64,000 nt of DNA. Source: Eledone cirrhosa. Its lineage: Eukaryota. A program made the translations under genes and the position numbers. The notes beneath the pieces are model-generated. The model saw nothing but the letters and a program-made list of their open reading frames with translations. It searched no databases and was not told where the DNA came from. The DNA is taken from positions 210,552,001 through 210,616,000 of the forward strand of contig OZ024743.1 of the NCBI GenBank assembly GCA_964016885.1, written 5' to 3'. Shown one piece after another: positions 13,370-28,505 of this stretch. The number at the start of each line of letters is the position of its first letter. The first letter of the stretch is position 1.

Positions 13370-16300
13370 CCACAGTTTACCACCCTATAGCCAGATGAAA
13401 GATCTTCACTCCATAAGATATACCAGTTTACCATCCTATAGCCACAGATGAAAGCTCTTCACTCCATAAGATATACCACAGTTTACCATCCTAAAGCCAC
13501 AGATGAAAGCTCTTCACTCCATAAGATATAACAGTTTACCATCCTATAGCCACAGATGAAAGCTCTTCACTCCATAAGATATACCACAGTTTACCACCCT
13601 ATAGCCAGATGGAAGCTCTTCACTCCATAAGATATACCAGAGTTTACCATCCTATAGCCACACATGAAAGCTCTTCACTCCATAACCATAGTTTACCATT
13701 CTATAGCCACACATTAAAGCTCTTCACTCCATAAGATATACCTCAGTTTACCATCCTATAGCCACAGATGAAAGCTCTTTACACCATGAAATATACCACA
13801 GTTTACCATCCTATAGCCACAGATGAAAGCTCTTCAGTCCATAAGATATACCACAGTTTACCATCCTATGGCCACACATGAAAGCTCTTCACCCATAAGA
13901 TATACCAAAGTTTACCATCCTTTCGCAAGATGAAAGCTCTTCACTCCATAGGATATACCACAGTTTACCATCCTATAGCCACCCATGAAAGCTCTTCACT
14001 CCATAAGATATACCACAGTTTACCATCATATGGCCACACATCAAAGCTCTTCACCCATGAGATATACCACAGTTTACCATCCTGTAGCCAGATGAAGGCT
14101 CTTCACTCCATAAGATATACAACAGTTTACCATCCTATAGCCACACATGAAAGCTCTTCACTCCTTAACCATAGTTTACCATTCTATAGCCACACATGAA
14201 AGCTCTTCACTCCATAAGATATACCACAGTTTAATATCCTATAGCCACAGAGGAAAGCTCTTTACACCATGAGATATACCACAGTTTACCATACTATAGC
14301 CAGATGAAAGCTCTTCACTCCATAAGATATACCACAGTTTACCATCCTTTCGCAAGATGAAAGCTCTTCACTCCATAGGATATACCACAGTTTACCATCC
14401 TATAGCCACACATGAAAGCTCATCACTCCATAAGATATACCACAGTTTAGCATCCTATAGCCAGATGAAAACTCTTCACTCCATAAGATATAGCAGTTTA
14501 CCATCCTATAGCCACACATGAAAGTTCTTCACTCCATAAGATATACCACAGTTTACCACCCTATAGCCAGATGAAAGCTCTTCACTCCATAAGATATACC
14601 AGTTTATCATCCTATAGCCACAGATGAAAGCTCTTCACTCCATAAGATATACCACAGTTCACCACCCTATAGCCAGATGAAAGCTCTTCACTCCATAAGA
14701 TATACCACAGTTTACCATCCTATAGCCACACATGAAAGCTCTTCACTCCATAAGATATACCACAGTTTACCATCATATAGCCACAGATGAATGCACATCA
14801 CTCCATAAGATATACCACAGTTTAACATCCTATAGCCACAGATGAAAGCTCTTCACCCCATAAGATATACCACATTTTACCATCCTATATCCAGATGAAA
14901 GCTCTTCACTCCATAAGATATACCACAGTTTACCATCCTATAGCCGCACATGAAAGCTCTTCACTCCATAAGATATACCACAGTTTACCATCCTATAGCC
15001 ACAGATGAAAGCTCTTCACTCCATAAGATATACCACAGTTTACCATCCTATGGCCACACATGAAAGCTCTTCACTCCATAAGATATACCACAGTTTACCA
15101 TTCTATAGCCACACATGAAACTCTTCACTCCATAGGATATAACACAGTTTACCATCATATAGCCATACATGAAAGCTCTTCAGTCCATAAGATATACCAC
15201 AGTTTACCATCCTATAGCCACAGATAAAAGCTCTTCACTCCATAAGATATACTACAGTTTACCATCCTATAGCCAGATGAAAGCTCTTCACTCCATAAGA
15301 TATAGCACAGTTTACCATCCTATAGCCACAGATGAAAGCTCTTCGCTCCATGAGATATACCACAGTTTACCACCCTATAGCCAGATGAAAGATCTTCACT
15401 CCATAAGATATACCAGTTTACCATCCTATAGCCACAGATGAAAGCTCTTCACTCCATAAGATATACCACAGTTTACCATCCTAAAGCCACAGATGAAAGC
15501 TCTTCACTCCATAAGATATAACAGTTTACCATCCTATAGCCACAGATGAAAGCTCTTCACTCCATAAGATATACCACAGTTTACCACCCTATAGCCAGAT
15601 GGAAGCTCTTCACTCCATAAGATATACCAGAGTTTACCATCCTATAGCCACACATGAAAGCTCTTCACTCCATAAGATAAACCACAGTTTACCATCATAT
15701 AGCCACAGATGAATGCACATCACTCCATAAGATATACCACAGTTTAGCATCCTATAGCCACAGATGAAAGCTCTTCACCCCATAAGATATACCACAGTTT
15801 ACCATCCTATAGCCACAGATGAAAGCTCTTCGCTCCATAAGATATACCACAATTTACCATCCTATAGCCACACATGAAAGCTCTTCACTCCATAAGATAT
15901 ACCACAGTTTAACATCCTATAGCCACAGATGAAAGCTCTTCACCCCATAAGATATACCACAGTTTACCATCCTATAGCCAGATGAAAGCTCTTCACTCCA
16001 TAAATATATCACAGTTTACCATCCTATAGCCACAGATGAAAGCTCTTCACTCCATAAGATATACCACAGTTTACCATCGTATAGCCACACATGAAAGCTC
16101 TTCACTCCATAAGATATACCACAGTTTACCATCCTGTAGCCAGATGAAAGCTCTTCATTCCATAAGATATACCACAGTTTACCATCCTATAGCCACACAT
16201 GAAAGCTCTTCACTCCATAAGATATACCACAGTTTACCATCCTATAGGCAGATGAAAACTCTTCACTCCATAAGATATACCACAGTTTACCACCCTATAG

Positions 16301-19300
16301 CCAGATGTAAGCTCTTCACTCCATAAGATATACCAGTTTACCATCCTATAGCCACAGATGAAAGCTCTTCGCTCCACAAGATATACCACAGTTTACCACC
16401 CTATAGCCAGATGAAAGATCTTCACTCCATAAGATATACCAGTTTACCATCCTATAGCCACAGATGAAAGCTCTTCACACCATAAGATATACCACAGTTT
16501 ACCATCCTATAGCCACAGATGAAAGCTCTTCACTCCATAAGATATACCAGTTTACCATCCTATAGCCACAGATGAAAGCTCTTCACTCCATAAGATATAC
16601 CACAGTTTACCATCTTATAGCCACATATGAAAGCTCTTCACTCCATAAGATATACCAGAGTTTACCATCCTATAGCCACACATGAAAGCTCTTCACTCCA
16701 TAAGATATACCACAGTTTACCATCATATAGCCACAGATGAATGCACATCACTCCATAAGATATACCACAGTTTACCATCCTATAGCCACAGATGAAAGCT
16801 CTTCACCCCATAAGATATACCACAGTTTACCATCCTATAGCCACAGATGAAAGCTCTTCGCTCCATAAGATATACCACAGTTTCCCATCCTATAGCCACA
16901 CATGAAAGCTCTTCACTCCATAAGATATACCACAGTTTAACATCCTAGAGCCACACACGAAAGCTCTTCACTCCATAAGATATACGACAGTTTACCATCC
17001 TGTAGCCAGATGAAAGCTCTTCACTCTATAAGATATACCACAGTTTACCATCCTATAGCCACAGATGAAAGCTCTTCACTCCATAAGATATACCACAGAT
17101 TACCATCCTGTAGCCAGATGAAAGCTCTTCACTCCATAAGATATACAACAGTTTACCAACCTATAGCCACAGATGAAAGCTCTTCACTCCATAAGATATA
17201 CCACAGTTTACCATCCTATAGCCAGATGAAAGCTCTTCACTCCATAAGATATACCACAGTTTACCATCCTATAGCGACACATTAAAGCTCTTCACTCCAT
17301 AAGATATACCACAGTTTACCAACTTATAGCCACAGATGAAAGCTCTTCACTCCATAAGATATACCACAGTTTATCATTCTATAGCCAGATGAAAGCTCTT
17401 CACTCCATAAGATATAACACATTCTACCATCCTATAGCCAGATGAAACACTTCACTCCATAAGATATACCAAAGTTTACCATCCTATAGCCACAGATGAA
17501 AGCTCTTCACTCCATAAGATATACCACAGTTTACCATCCTATGGCCACAGATGAAAGCTCTTCACTCCATAAGATATACCACAGTTTACCATCCTATAGC
17601 CACACATGAAAGGTCTTCACTCCATAAGATATACCACAGTTTACCATCCTATAGCCATACATGAAAGCTCTTCAGTCCATAAGATATACCACAGTTTACC
17701 ATCTTATAGCCACATATGAAAGCTCTTCACTCCATAAGATATACCACAGTTTACCATCCTATAGCCATGCATGAAAGCTCTTCAGTCCATAATATATACC
17801 ACAGTTTACCATCCTATAGCCACAGATGAAAGCTCTTCACTCCATAATATATACCACAGTTTACCATCCGATAGCGAGATGAAAGCTCTTCACTCCATAA
17901 GATATACCACGGTTTACCATCCTATAGCCACACATGAAAGCTCTTCACTCCATAAGATATACCACAGTTTACCATCCTATAGCCACAGATGAAAGCTCTT
18001 CACTCCATAAGATATACCACAGTTTACCATCCTATAGCCACACATGAAAGCTCTTCACTCCATAAGATATACCACAGTTTACCATCCTATAGCCACACAT
18101 GAAACTCTTCACTCCATAGGATATACCACAGTTTACCATCCTATAGCCACACATGAATGCTCTTCACTCCATAGGATATAACAGTTTACCATCCTATAGC
18201 CATACATGAGAGCTCTTCAGTCCATAAGATATACCACAGTTTACCATCCTATAGCCACAGATGAAAGCTCTTCACTCCATAATATATACCACAGTTTACC
18301 ATCCTATAGCAAGATGAAAGCTCTTCACTCCATAAGATATACCACAGTTTACCATCCTATAGCCACACATGAAAGCTCTTCACTCCATAAATATATCACA
18401 GTTTACCATTCTATAGCCACAGATGAAAGCTCTTCACTCCATAAGATATACCACAGTTTATCATCCTATAGCCACACATGAAAACTCTTCACTCCATAAG
18501 ATATACCACAGTTTAGCATCCTGTAGCCAGATGAAAGCTCTTCATTCCATAAGATATACCACGGTTTACCATCCTATAGCCACACATGAAAGCTCTTCAC
18601 TCCATAAGATATACCACAGTTTACAATCCTATAGGCAGATGAAAACTCTTCACTCCATAAGATATACCACAGTTTACCACCCTATAGCCAGATGAAAGCT
18701 CTTCACTCCATAAGACATACCAGTTTACCATCCTATAGCCACAGATGAAAGCTCTTCGCTCCATAAGATATACCACAGTTTACCACCCTATAGCCAGATG
18801 AAAGATCTTCACTCCATAAGATATACCAGTTTACCATCCTATAGCCACAGATGAAAGCTCTTCACTCCATAAGATATACCACAGTTTACCATCCTATAGC
18901 CACAGATGAAAGCTCTTCACTCCATAAGATATACCAGTTTACCATCCTATAGCCACAGATGAAAGCTCTTCACTCCATAAGATATACCACAGTTTACCAC
19001 CCTATAGCCAGATGAAAGCTCTTCACTCCATAAGATATACCAGAGTTTACCATCCTATAGCCACACATGAAAGCTCTTCACTCCATAAGATATACCACAG
19101 TTTACCATCATATAGCCACAGATGAATGCACATCACTCCATAAGATATACCACAGTTTACCATCCTATAGCCACAGATGAAAGTTCTTCACCCCATAAGA
19201 TATACCACAGTTTACCATCCTATAGCCACAGATGAAAGCTCTTCGCTCCATAAGATATACCACAGTTTACCATCCTATAGCCACACATGAAAGCTCTTCG

Positions 19301-22300
19301 CTCCATAAGATATACCACAGTTTACCATCCTGTAGCCAGATGAAAGCTCTTCACTCTATAAGATATACCACAGTTTACCATCCTATAGCCAGATGAAAGC
19401 TCTTCACTCCATAAGATATACCAGAGATTACCATCCTGTAGCCAGATGAAAGCTCTTCACTCCATAAGATATACAACAGTTTACCAACCTATAGCCACAG
19501 ATGAAAGCTCTTCACTCCATAAGATATACCACAGTTTACCATCCTATAGCCAGATGAAAGCTCTTCACTCCATAAGATATACCACAGTTTACCATCCTAT
19601 AGCCACACATTAAAGCTCTTCACTCCATAAGATATACCACAGTTTACCAACCTATAGCCACAGATGAAAGCTCTTCACTCCATAAGTTATACCACAGTTT
19701 ACCATCCTATAGCCAGATGAAAGCTCTTCACTCCATAAGATATACCAGTTTACCATCATATAGCCACAGATGAAAGCTCTTCACTCCATAAGATATACCA
19801 CAGTTTACCATCCTATAGCCATACATGAAAGCTCTTCAGTCCATAAGATATACCACAGTTTACCATTCTATAGCCAGATGAAAGCTCTTCACTCCATAAG
19901 ATATACCACAGTTTACCATCCTATAGCCATACATGAAAGCTCTTCAGTCCATAGGATATACCACAGTTTACCATCCTATAGCCATACATGAAAGCTCTTC
20001 AGTCCATAAGATATACCACAGTTTAGCATCCTATAGCCACAGATGAAAACTCTTCACCCCATAAGATATACCACAGTTTACCATCCCATAGCCACAGATG
20101 AAAGCTCTTCGCTCCATAAGATATACCACAGTTTACCATCCTATAGCCGCACATGAAAGCTCTTCACTCCATAAGATATACCACAGTTTACCATCCTATA
20201 GCCACAGATGAATGCACATCACTCCATAAGATATACCACAGTTTACCATCCTATAGCCACAGATGAAAGCTCTTCACCCCATAAGATATACCACATTTTA
20301 CCATCCTATATCCAGATGAAAGCTCTTCACTCCATAAGATATACCACAGTTTACCATCCTATAGCCGCACATGAAAGCTCTTCACTCCATAAGATATACC
20401 ACAGTTTACCATCCTATAGCCACAGATGAAAGCTCTTCACTCCATAAGATATACCACAGTTTACCATCCTATGGCCACACATGAAAGCTCTTCACTCCAT
20501 AAGATATACCACAGTTTACCATTCTATAGCCACACATGAAACTCTTCACTCCATAGGATATAACACAGTTTACCATCATATAGCCATACATGAAAGCTCT
20601 TCAGTCCATAAGATATACCACAGTTTACCATCCTATAGCCACAGATAAAAGCTCTTCACTCCATAAGATATACTACAGTTTACCATCCTATAGCCAGTTG
20701 AAAGCTCTTCACTCCATAAGATATAGCACAGTTTACCATCCTATAGCCACAGATGAAAGCTCTTCGCTCCATGAGATATACCACAGTTTACCACCCTATA
20801 GCCAGATGAAAGATCTTCACTCCATAAGATATACCAGTTTACCATCCTATAGCCACAGATGAAAGCTCTTCACTCCATAAGATATACCACAGTTTACCAT
20901 CCTAAAGCCACAGATGAAAGCTCTTCACTCCATAAGATATAACAGTTTACCATCCTATAGCCACAGATGAAAGCTCTTCACTCCATAAGATATACCACAG
21001 TTTACCACCCTATAGCCAGATGGAAGCTCTTCACTCCATAAGATATACCAGAGTTTACCATCCTATAGCCACACATGAAAGCTCTTCACTCCATAACCAT
21101 AGTTTACCATTCTATAGCCACACATTAAAGCTCTTCACTCCATAAGATATACCTCAGTTTACCATCCTATAGCCACAGATGAAAGCTCTTTACACCATGA
21201 AATATACCACAGTTTACCATCCTATAGCCACAGATGAAAGCTCTTCAGTCCATAAGATATACCACAGTTTACCATCCTATGGCCACACATGAAAGCTCTT
21301 CACCCATAAGATATACCAAAGTTTACCATCCTTTCGCAAGATGAAAGCTCTTCACTCCATAGGATATACCACAGTTTACCATCCTATAGCCACCCATGAA
21401 AGCTCTTCACTCCATAAGATATACCACAGTTTACCATCATATGGCCACACATCAAAGCTCTTCACCCATGAGATATACCACAGTTTACCATCCTGTAGCC
21501 AGATGAAGGCTCTTCACTCCATAAGATATACAACAGTTTACCATCCTATAGCCACACATGAAAGCTCTTCACTCCTTAACCATAGTTTACCATTCTATAG
21601 CCACACATGAAAGCTCTTCACTCCATAAGATATACCACAGTTTAATATCCTATAGCCACAGAGGAAAGCTCTTTACACCATGAGATATACCACAGTTTAC
21701 CATACTATAGCCAGATGAAAGCTCTTCACTCCATAAGATATACCACAGTTTACCATCCTTTCGCAAGATGAAAGCTCTTCACTCCATAGGATATACCACA
21801 GTTTACCATCCTATAGCCACACATGAAAGCTCATCACTCCATAAGATATACCACAGTTTAGCATCCTATAGCCAGATGAAAACTCTTCACTCCATAAGAT
21901 ATAGCAGTTTACCATCCTATAGCCACACATGAAAGTTCTTCACTCCATAAGATATACCACAGTTTACCACCCTATAGCCAGATGAAAGCTCTTCACTCCA
22001 TAAGATATACCAGTTTATCATCCTATAGCCACAGATGAAAGCTCTTCACTCCATAAGATATACCACAGTTCACCACCCTATAGCCAGATGAAAGCTCTTC
22101 ACTCCATAAGATATACCACAGTTTACCATCCTATAGCCACACATGAAAGCTCTTCACTCCATAAGATATACCACAGTTTACCATCATATAGCCACAGATG
22201 AATGCACATCACTCCATAAGATATACCACAGTTTAACATCCTATAGCCACAGATGAAAGCTCTTCACCCCATAAGATATACCACATTTTACCATCCTATA

Positions 22301-25300
22301 TCCAGATGAAAGCTCTTCACTCCATAAGATATACCACAGTTTACCATCCTATAGCCGCACATGAAAGCTCTTCACTCCATAAGATATACCACAGTTTACC
22401 ATCCTATAGCCACAGATGAAAGCTCTTCACTCCATAAGATATACCACAGTTTACCATCCTATGGCCACACATGAAAGCTCTTCACTCCATAAGATATACC
22501 ACAGTTTACCATTCTATAGCCACACATGAAACTCTTCACTCCATAGGATATAACACAGTTTACCATCATATAGCCATACATGAAAGCTCTTCAGTCCATA
22601 AGATATACCACAGTTTACCATCCTATAGCCACAGATAAAAGCTCTTCACTCCATAAGATATACTACAGTTTACCATCCTATAGCCAGATGAAAGCTCTTC
22701 ACTCCATAAGATATAGCACAGTTTACCATCCTATAGCCACAGATGAAAGCTCTTCGCTCCATGAGATATACCACAGTTTACCACCCTATAGCCAGATGAA
22801 AGATCTTCACTCCATAAGATATACCAGTTTACCATTCTATAGCCACAGATGAAAGCTCTTCACTCCATAAGATATACCACAGTTTACCATCCTAAAGCCA
22901 CAGATGAAAGCTCTTCACTCCATAAGATATAACAGTTTACCATCCTATAGCCACAGATGAAAGCTCTTCACTCCATAAGATATACCACAGTTTACCACCC
23001 TATAGCCAGATGGAAGCTCTTCACTCCATAAGATATACCAGAGTTTACCATCCTATAGCCACACATGAAAGCTCTTCACTCCATAAGATAAACCACAGTT
23101 TACCATCATATAGCCACAGATGAATGCACATCACTCCATAAGATATACCACAGTTTAGCATCCTATAGCCACAGATGAAAGCTCTTCACCCCATAAGATA
23201 TACCACAGTTTACCATCCTATAGCCACAGATGAAAGCTCTTCGCTCCATAAGATATACCACAATTTACCATCCTATAGCCACACATGAAAGCTCTTCACT
23301 CCATAAGATATACCACAGTTTAACATCCTATAGCCACAGATGAAAGCTCTTCACCCCATAAGATATACCACAGTTTACCATCCTATAGCCAGATGAAAGC
23401 TCTTCACTCCATAAATATATCACAGTTTACCATCCTATAGCCACAGATGAAAGCTCTTCACTCCATAAGATATACCACAGTTTACCATCGTATAGCCACA
23501 CATGAAAGCTCTTCACTCCATAAGATATACCACAGTTTACCATCCTGTAGCCAGATGAAAGCTCTTCATTCCATAAGATATACCACAGTTTACCATCCTA
23601 TAGCCACACATGAAAGCTCTTCACTCCATAAGATATACCACAGTTTACCATCCTATAGGCAGATGAAAACTCTTCACTCCATAAGATATACCACAGTTTA
23701 CCACCCTATAGCCAGATGTAAGCTCTTCACTCCATAAGATATACCAGTTTACCATCCTATAGCCACAGATGAAAGCTCTTCGCTCCACAAGATATACCAC
23801 AGTTTACCACCCTATAGCCAGATGAAAGATCTTCACTCCATAAGATATACCAGTTTACCATCCTATAGCCACAGATGAAAGCTCTTCACACCATAAGATA
23901 TACCACAGTTTACCATCCTATAGCCACAGATGAAAGCTCTTCACTCCATAAGATATACCAGTTTACCATCCTATAGCCACAGATGAAAGCTCTTCACTCC
24001 ATAAGATATACCACAGTTTACCATCTTATAGCCACATATGAAAGCTCTTCACTCCATAAGATATACCAGAGTTTACCATCCTATAGCCACACATGAAAGC
24101 TCTTCACTCCATAAGATATACCACAGTTTACCATCATATAGCCACAGATGAATGCACATCACTCCATAAGATATACCACAGTTTACCATCCTATAGCCAC
24201 AGATGAAAGCTCTTCACCCCATAAGATATACCACAGTTTACCATCCTATAGCCACAGATGAAAGCTCTTCGCTCCATAAGATATACCACAGTTTCCCATC
24301 CTATAGCCACACATGAAAGCTCTTCACTCCATAAGATATACCACAGTTTAACATCCTAGAGCCACACACGAAAGCTCTTCACTCCATAAGATATACGACA
24401 GTTTACCATCCTGTAGCCAGATGAAAGCTCTTCACTCTATAAGATATACCACAGTTTACCATCCTATAGCCACAGATGAAAGCTCTTCACTCCATAAGAT
24501 ATACCACAGATTACCATCCTGTAGCCAGATGAAAGCTCTTCACTCCATAAGATATACAACAGTTTACCAACCTATAGCCACAGATGAAAGCTCTTCACTC
24601 CATAAGATATACCACAGTTTACCATCCTATAGCCAGATGAAAGCTCTTCACTCCATAAGATATACCACAGTTTACCATCCTATAGCGACACATTAAAGCT
24701 CTTCACTCCATAAGATATACCACAGTTTACCAACTTATAGCCACAGATGAAAGCTCTTCACTCCATAAGATATACCACAGTTTATCATTCTATAGCCAGA
24801 TGAAAGCTCTTCACTCCATAAGATATAACACATTCTACCATCCTATAGCCAGATGAAACACTTCACTCCATAAGATATACCAAAGTTTACCATCCTATAG
24901 CCACAGATGAAAGCTCTTCACTCCATAAGATATACCACAGTTTACCATCCTATGGCCACAGATGAAAGCTCTTCACTCCATAAGATATACCACAGTTTAC
25001 CATCCTATAGCCACACATGAAAGGTCTTCACTCCATAAGATATACCACAGTTTACCATCCTATAGCCATACATGAAAGCTCTTCAGTCCATAAGATATAC
25101 CACAGTTTACCATCTTATAGCCACATATGAAAGCTCTTCACTCCATAAGATATACCACAGTTTACCATCCTATAGCCATGCATGAAAGCTCTTCAGTCCA
25201 TAATATATACCACAGTTTACCATCCTATAGCCACAGATGAAAGCTCTTCACTCCATAATATATACCACAGTTTACCATCCGATAGCGAGATGAAAGCTCT

Positions 25301-28300
25301 TCACTCCATAAGATATACCACGGTTTACCATCCTATAGCCACACATGAAAGCTCTTCACTCCATAAGATATACCACAGTTTACCATCCTATAGCCACAGA
25401 TGAAAGCTCTTCACTCCATAAGATATACCACAGTTTACCATCCTATAGCCACACATGAAAGCTCTTCACTCCATAAGATATACCACAGTTTACCATCCTA
25501 TAGCCACACATGAAACTCTTCACTCCATAGGATATACCACAGTTTACCATCCTATAGCCACACATGAATGCTCTTCACTCCATAGGATATAACAGTTTAC
25601 CATCCTATAGCCATACATGAGAGCTCTTCAGTCCATAAGATATACCACAGTTTACCATCCTATAGCCACAGATGAAAGCTCTTCACTCCATAAGATATAC
25701 CACAGTTTACCATCCTATAGCAAGATGAAAGCTCTTCACTCCATAAGATATACCACAGTTTACCATCCTATAGCCACACATGAAAGCTCTTCACTCCATA
25801 AATATATCACAGTTTACCATTCTATAGCCACAGATGAAAGCTCTTCACTCCATAAGATATACCACAGTTTATCATCCTATAGCCACACATGAAAACTCTT
25901 CACTCCATAAGATATACCACAGTTTAGCATCCTGTAGCCAGATGAAAGCTCTTCATTCCATAAGATATACCACGGTTTACCATCCTATAGCCACACATGA
26001 AAGCTCTTCACTCCATAAGATATACCACAGTTTACCATCCTATAGGCAGATGAAAACTCTTCACTCCATAAGATATACCACAGTTTACCACCCTATAGCC
26101 AGATGAAAGCTCTTCACTCCATAAGACATACCAGTTTACCATCCTATAGCCACAGATGAAAGCTCTTCGCTCCATAAGATATACCACAGTTTACCACCCT
26201 ATAGCCAGATGAAAGATCTTCACTCCATAAGATATACCAGTTTACCATCCTATAGCCACAGATGAAAGCTCTTCACTCCATAAGATATACCACAGTTTAC
26301 CATCCTATAGCCACAGATGAAAGCTCTTCACTCCATAAGATATACCAGTTTACCATCCTATAGCCACAGATGAAAGCTCTTCACTCCATAAGATATACCA
26401 CAGTTTACCACCCTATAGCCAGATGAAAGCTCTTCACTCCATAAGATATACCAGAGTTTACCATCCTATAGCCACACATGAAAGCTCTTCACTCCATAAG
26501 ATATACCACAGTTTACCATCATATAGCCACAGATGAATGCACATCACTCCATAAGATATACCACAGTTTACCATCCTATAGCCACAGATGAAAGTTCTTC
26601 ACCCCATAAGATATACCACAGTTTACCATCCTATAGCCACAGATGAAAGCTCTTCGCTCCATAAGATATACCACAGTTTACCATCCTATAGCCACACATG
26701 AAAGCTCTTCGCTCCATAAGATATACCACAGTTTACCATCCTGTAGCCAGATGAAAGCTCTTCACTCTATAAGATATACCACAGTTTACCATCCTATAGC
26801 CAGATGAAAGCTCTTCACTCCATAAGATATACCAGAGATTACCATCCTGTAGCCAGATGAAAGCTCTTCACTCCATAAGATATACAACAGTTTACCAACC
26901 TATAGCCACAGATGAAAGCTCTTCACTCCATAAGATATACCACAGTTTACCATCCTATAGCCAGATGAAAGCTCTTCACTCCATAAGATATACCACAGTT
27001 TACCATCCTATAGCCACACATTAAAGCTCTTCACTCCATAAGATATACCACAGTTTACCAACCTATAGCCACAGATGAAAGCTCTTCACTCCATAAGTTA
27101 TACCACAGTTTACCATCCTATAGCCAGATGAAAGCTCTTCACTCCATAAGATATACCAGTTTACCATCATATAGCCACAGATGAAAGCTCTTCACTCCAT
27201 AAGATATACCACAGTTTACCATCCTATAGCCATACATGAAAGCTCTTCAGTCCATAAGATATACCACAGTTTACCATTCTATAGCCAGATGAAAGCTCTT
27301 CACTGCATAAGATATACCACAGTTTACCATCCTATAGCCATACATGAAAGCTCTTCAGTCCATAGGATATACCACAGTTTACCATCCTATAGCCATACAT
27401 GAAAGCTCTTCAGTCCATAAGATATACCACAGTTTAGCATCCTATAGCCACAGATGAAAACTCTTCACCCCATAAGATATACCACAGTTTACCATCCCAT
27501 AGCCACAGATGAAAGCTCTTCACTCCATAAGATATACCACAGTTTACCATCCTATAGCCGCACATGAAAGCTCTTCACTCCATAAGATATACCACAGTTT
27601 ACCATCCTATAGCCACAGATGAATGCACATCACTCCATAAGATATACCACAGTTTACCATCCTATAGCCACAGATGAAAGCTCTTCACCCCATAAGATAT
27701 ACCACATTTTACCATCCTATATCCAGATGAAAGCTCTTCACTCCATAAGATATACCACAGTTTACCATCCTATAGCCGCACATGAAAGCTCTTCACTCCA
27801 TAAGATATACCACAGTTTACCATCCTATAGCCACAGATGAAAGCTCTTCACTCCATAAGATATACCACAGTTTACCATCCTATGGCCACACATGAAAGCT
27901 CTTCACTCCATAAGATATACCACAGTTTACCATTCTATAGCCACACATGAAACTCTTCACTCCATAGGATATAACACAGTTTACCATCATATAGCCATAC
28001 ATGAAAGCTCTTCAGTCCATAAGATATACCACAGTTTACCATCCTATAGCCACAGATAAAAGCTCTTCACTCCATAAGATATACTACAGTTTACCATCCT
28101 ATAGCCAGTTGAAAGCTCTTCACTCCATAAGATATAGCACAGTTTACCATCCTATAGCCACAGATGAAAGCTCTTCGCTCCATGAGATATACCACAGTTT
28201 ACCACCCTATAGCCAGATGAAAGATCTTCACTCCATAAGATATACCAGTTTACCATCCTATAGCCACAGATGAAAGCTCTTCACTCCATAAGATATACCA

Positions 28301-28505
28301 CAGTTTACCATCCTAAAGCCACAGATGAAAGCTCTTCACTCCATAAGATATAACAGTTTACCATCCTATAGCCACAGATGAAAGCTCTTCACTCCATAAG
28401 ATATACCACAGTTTACCACCCTATAGCCAGATGGAAGCTCTTCACTCCATAAGATATACCAGAGTTTACCATCCTATAGCCACACATGAAAGCTCTTCAC
28501 TCCAT
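13370..28505 (+). repeat. Higher-order tandem duplication, period 7,411 bp (~136 monomers), ~2 copies
   Basis: ORF pairs are offset by exactly 7,411 (13930/21341, 15169/22580, 16036/23447, 17010/24421, 17771/25182, 18206/25617, 19770/27181, 20208/27619, 20590/28001) with nearly identical translations. Confidence 0.93.
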
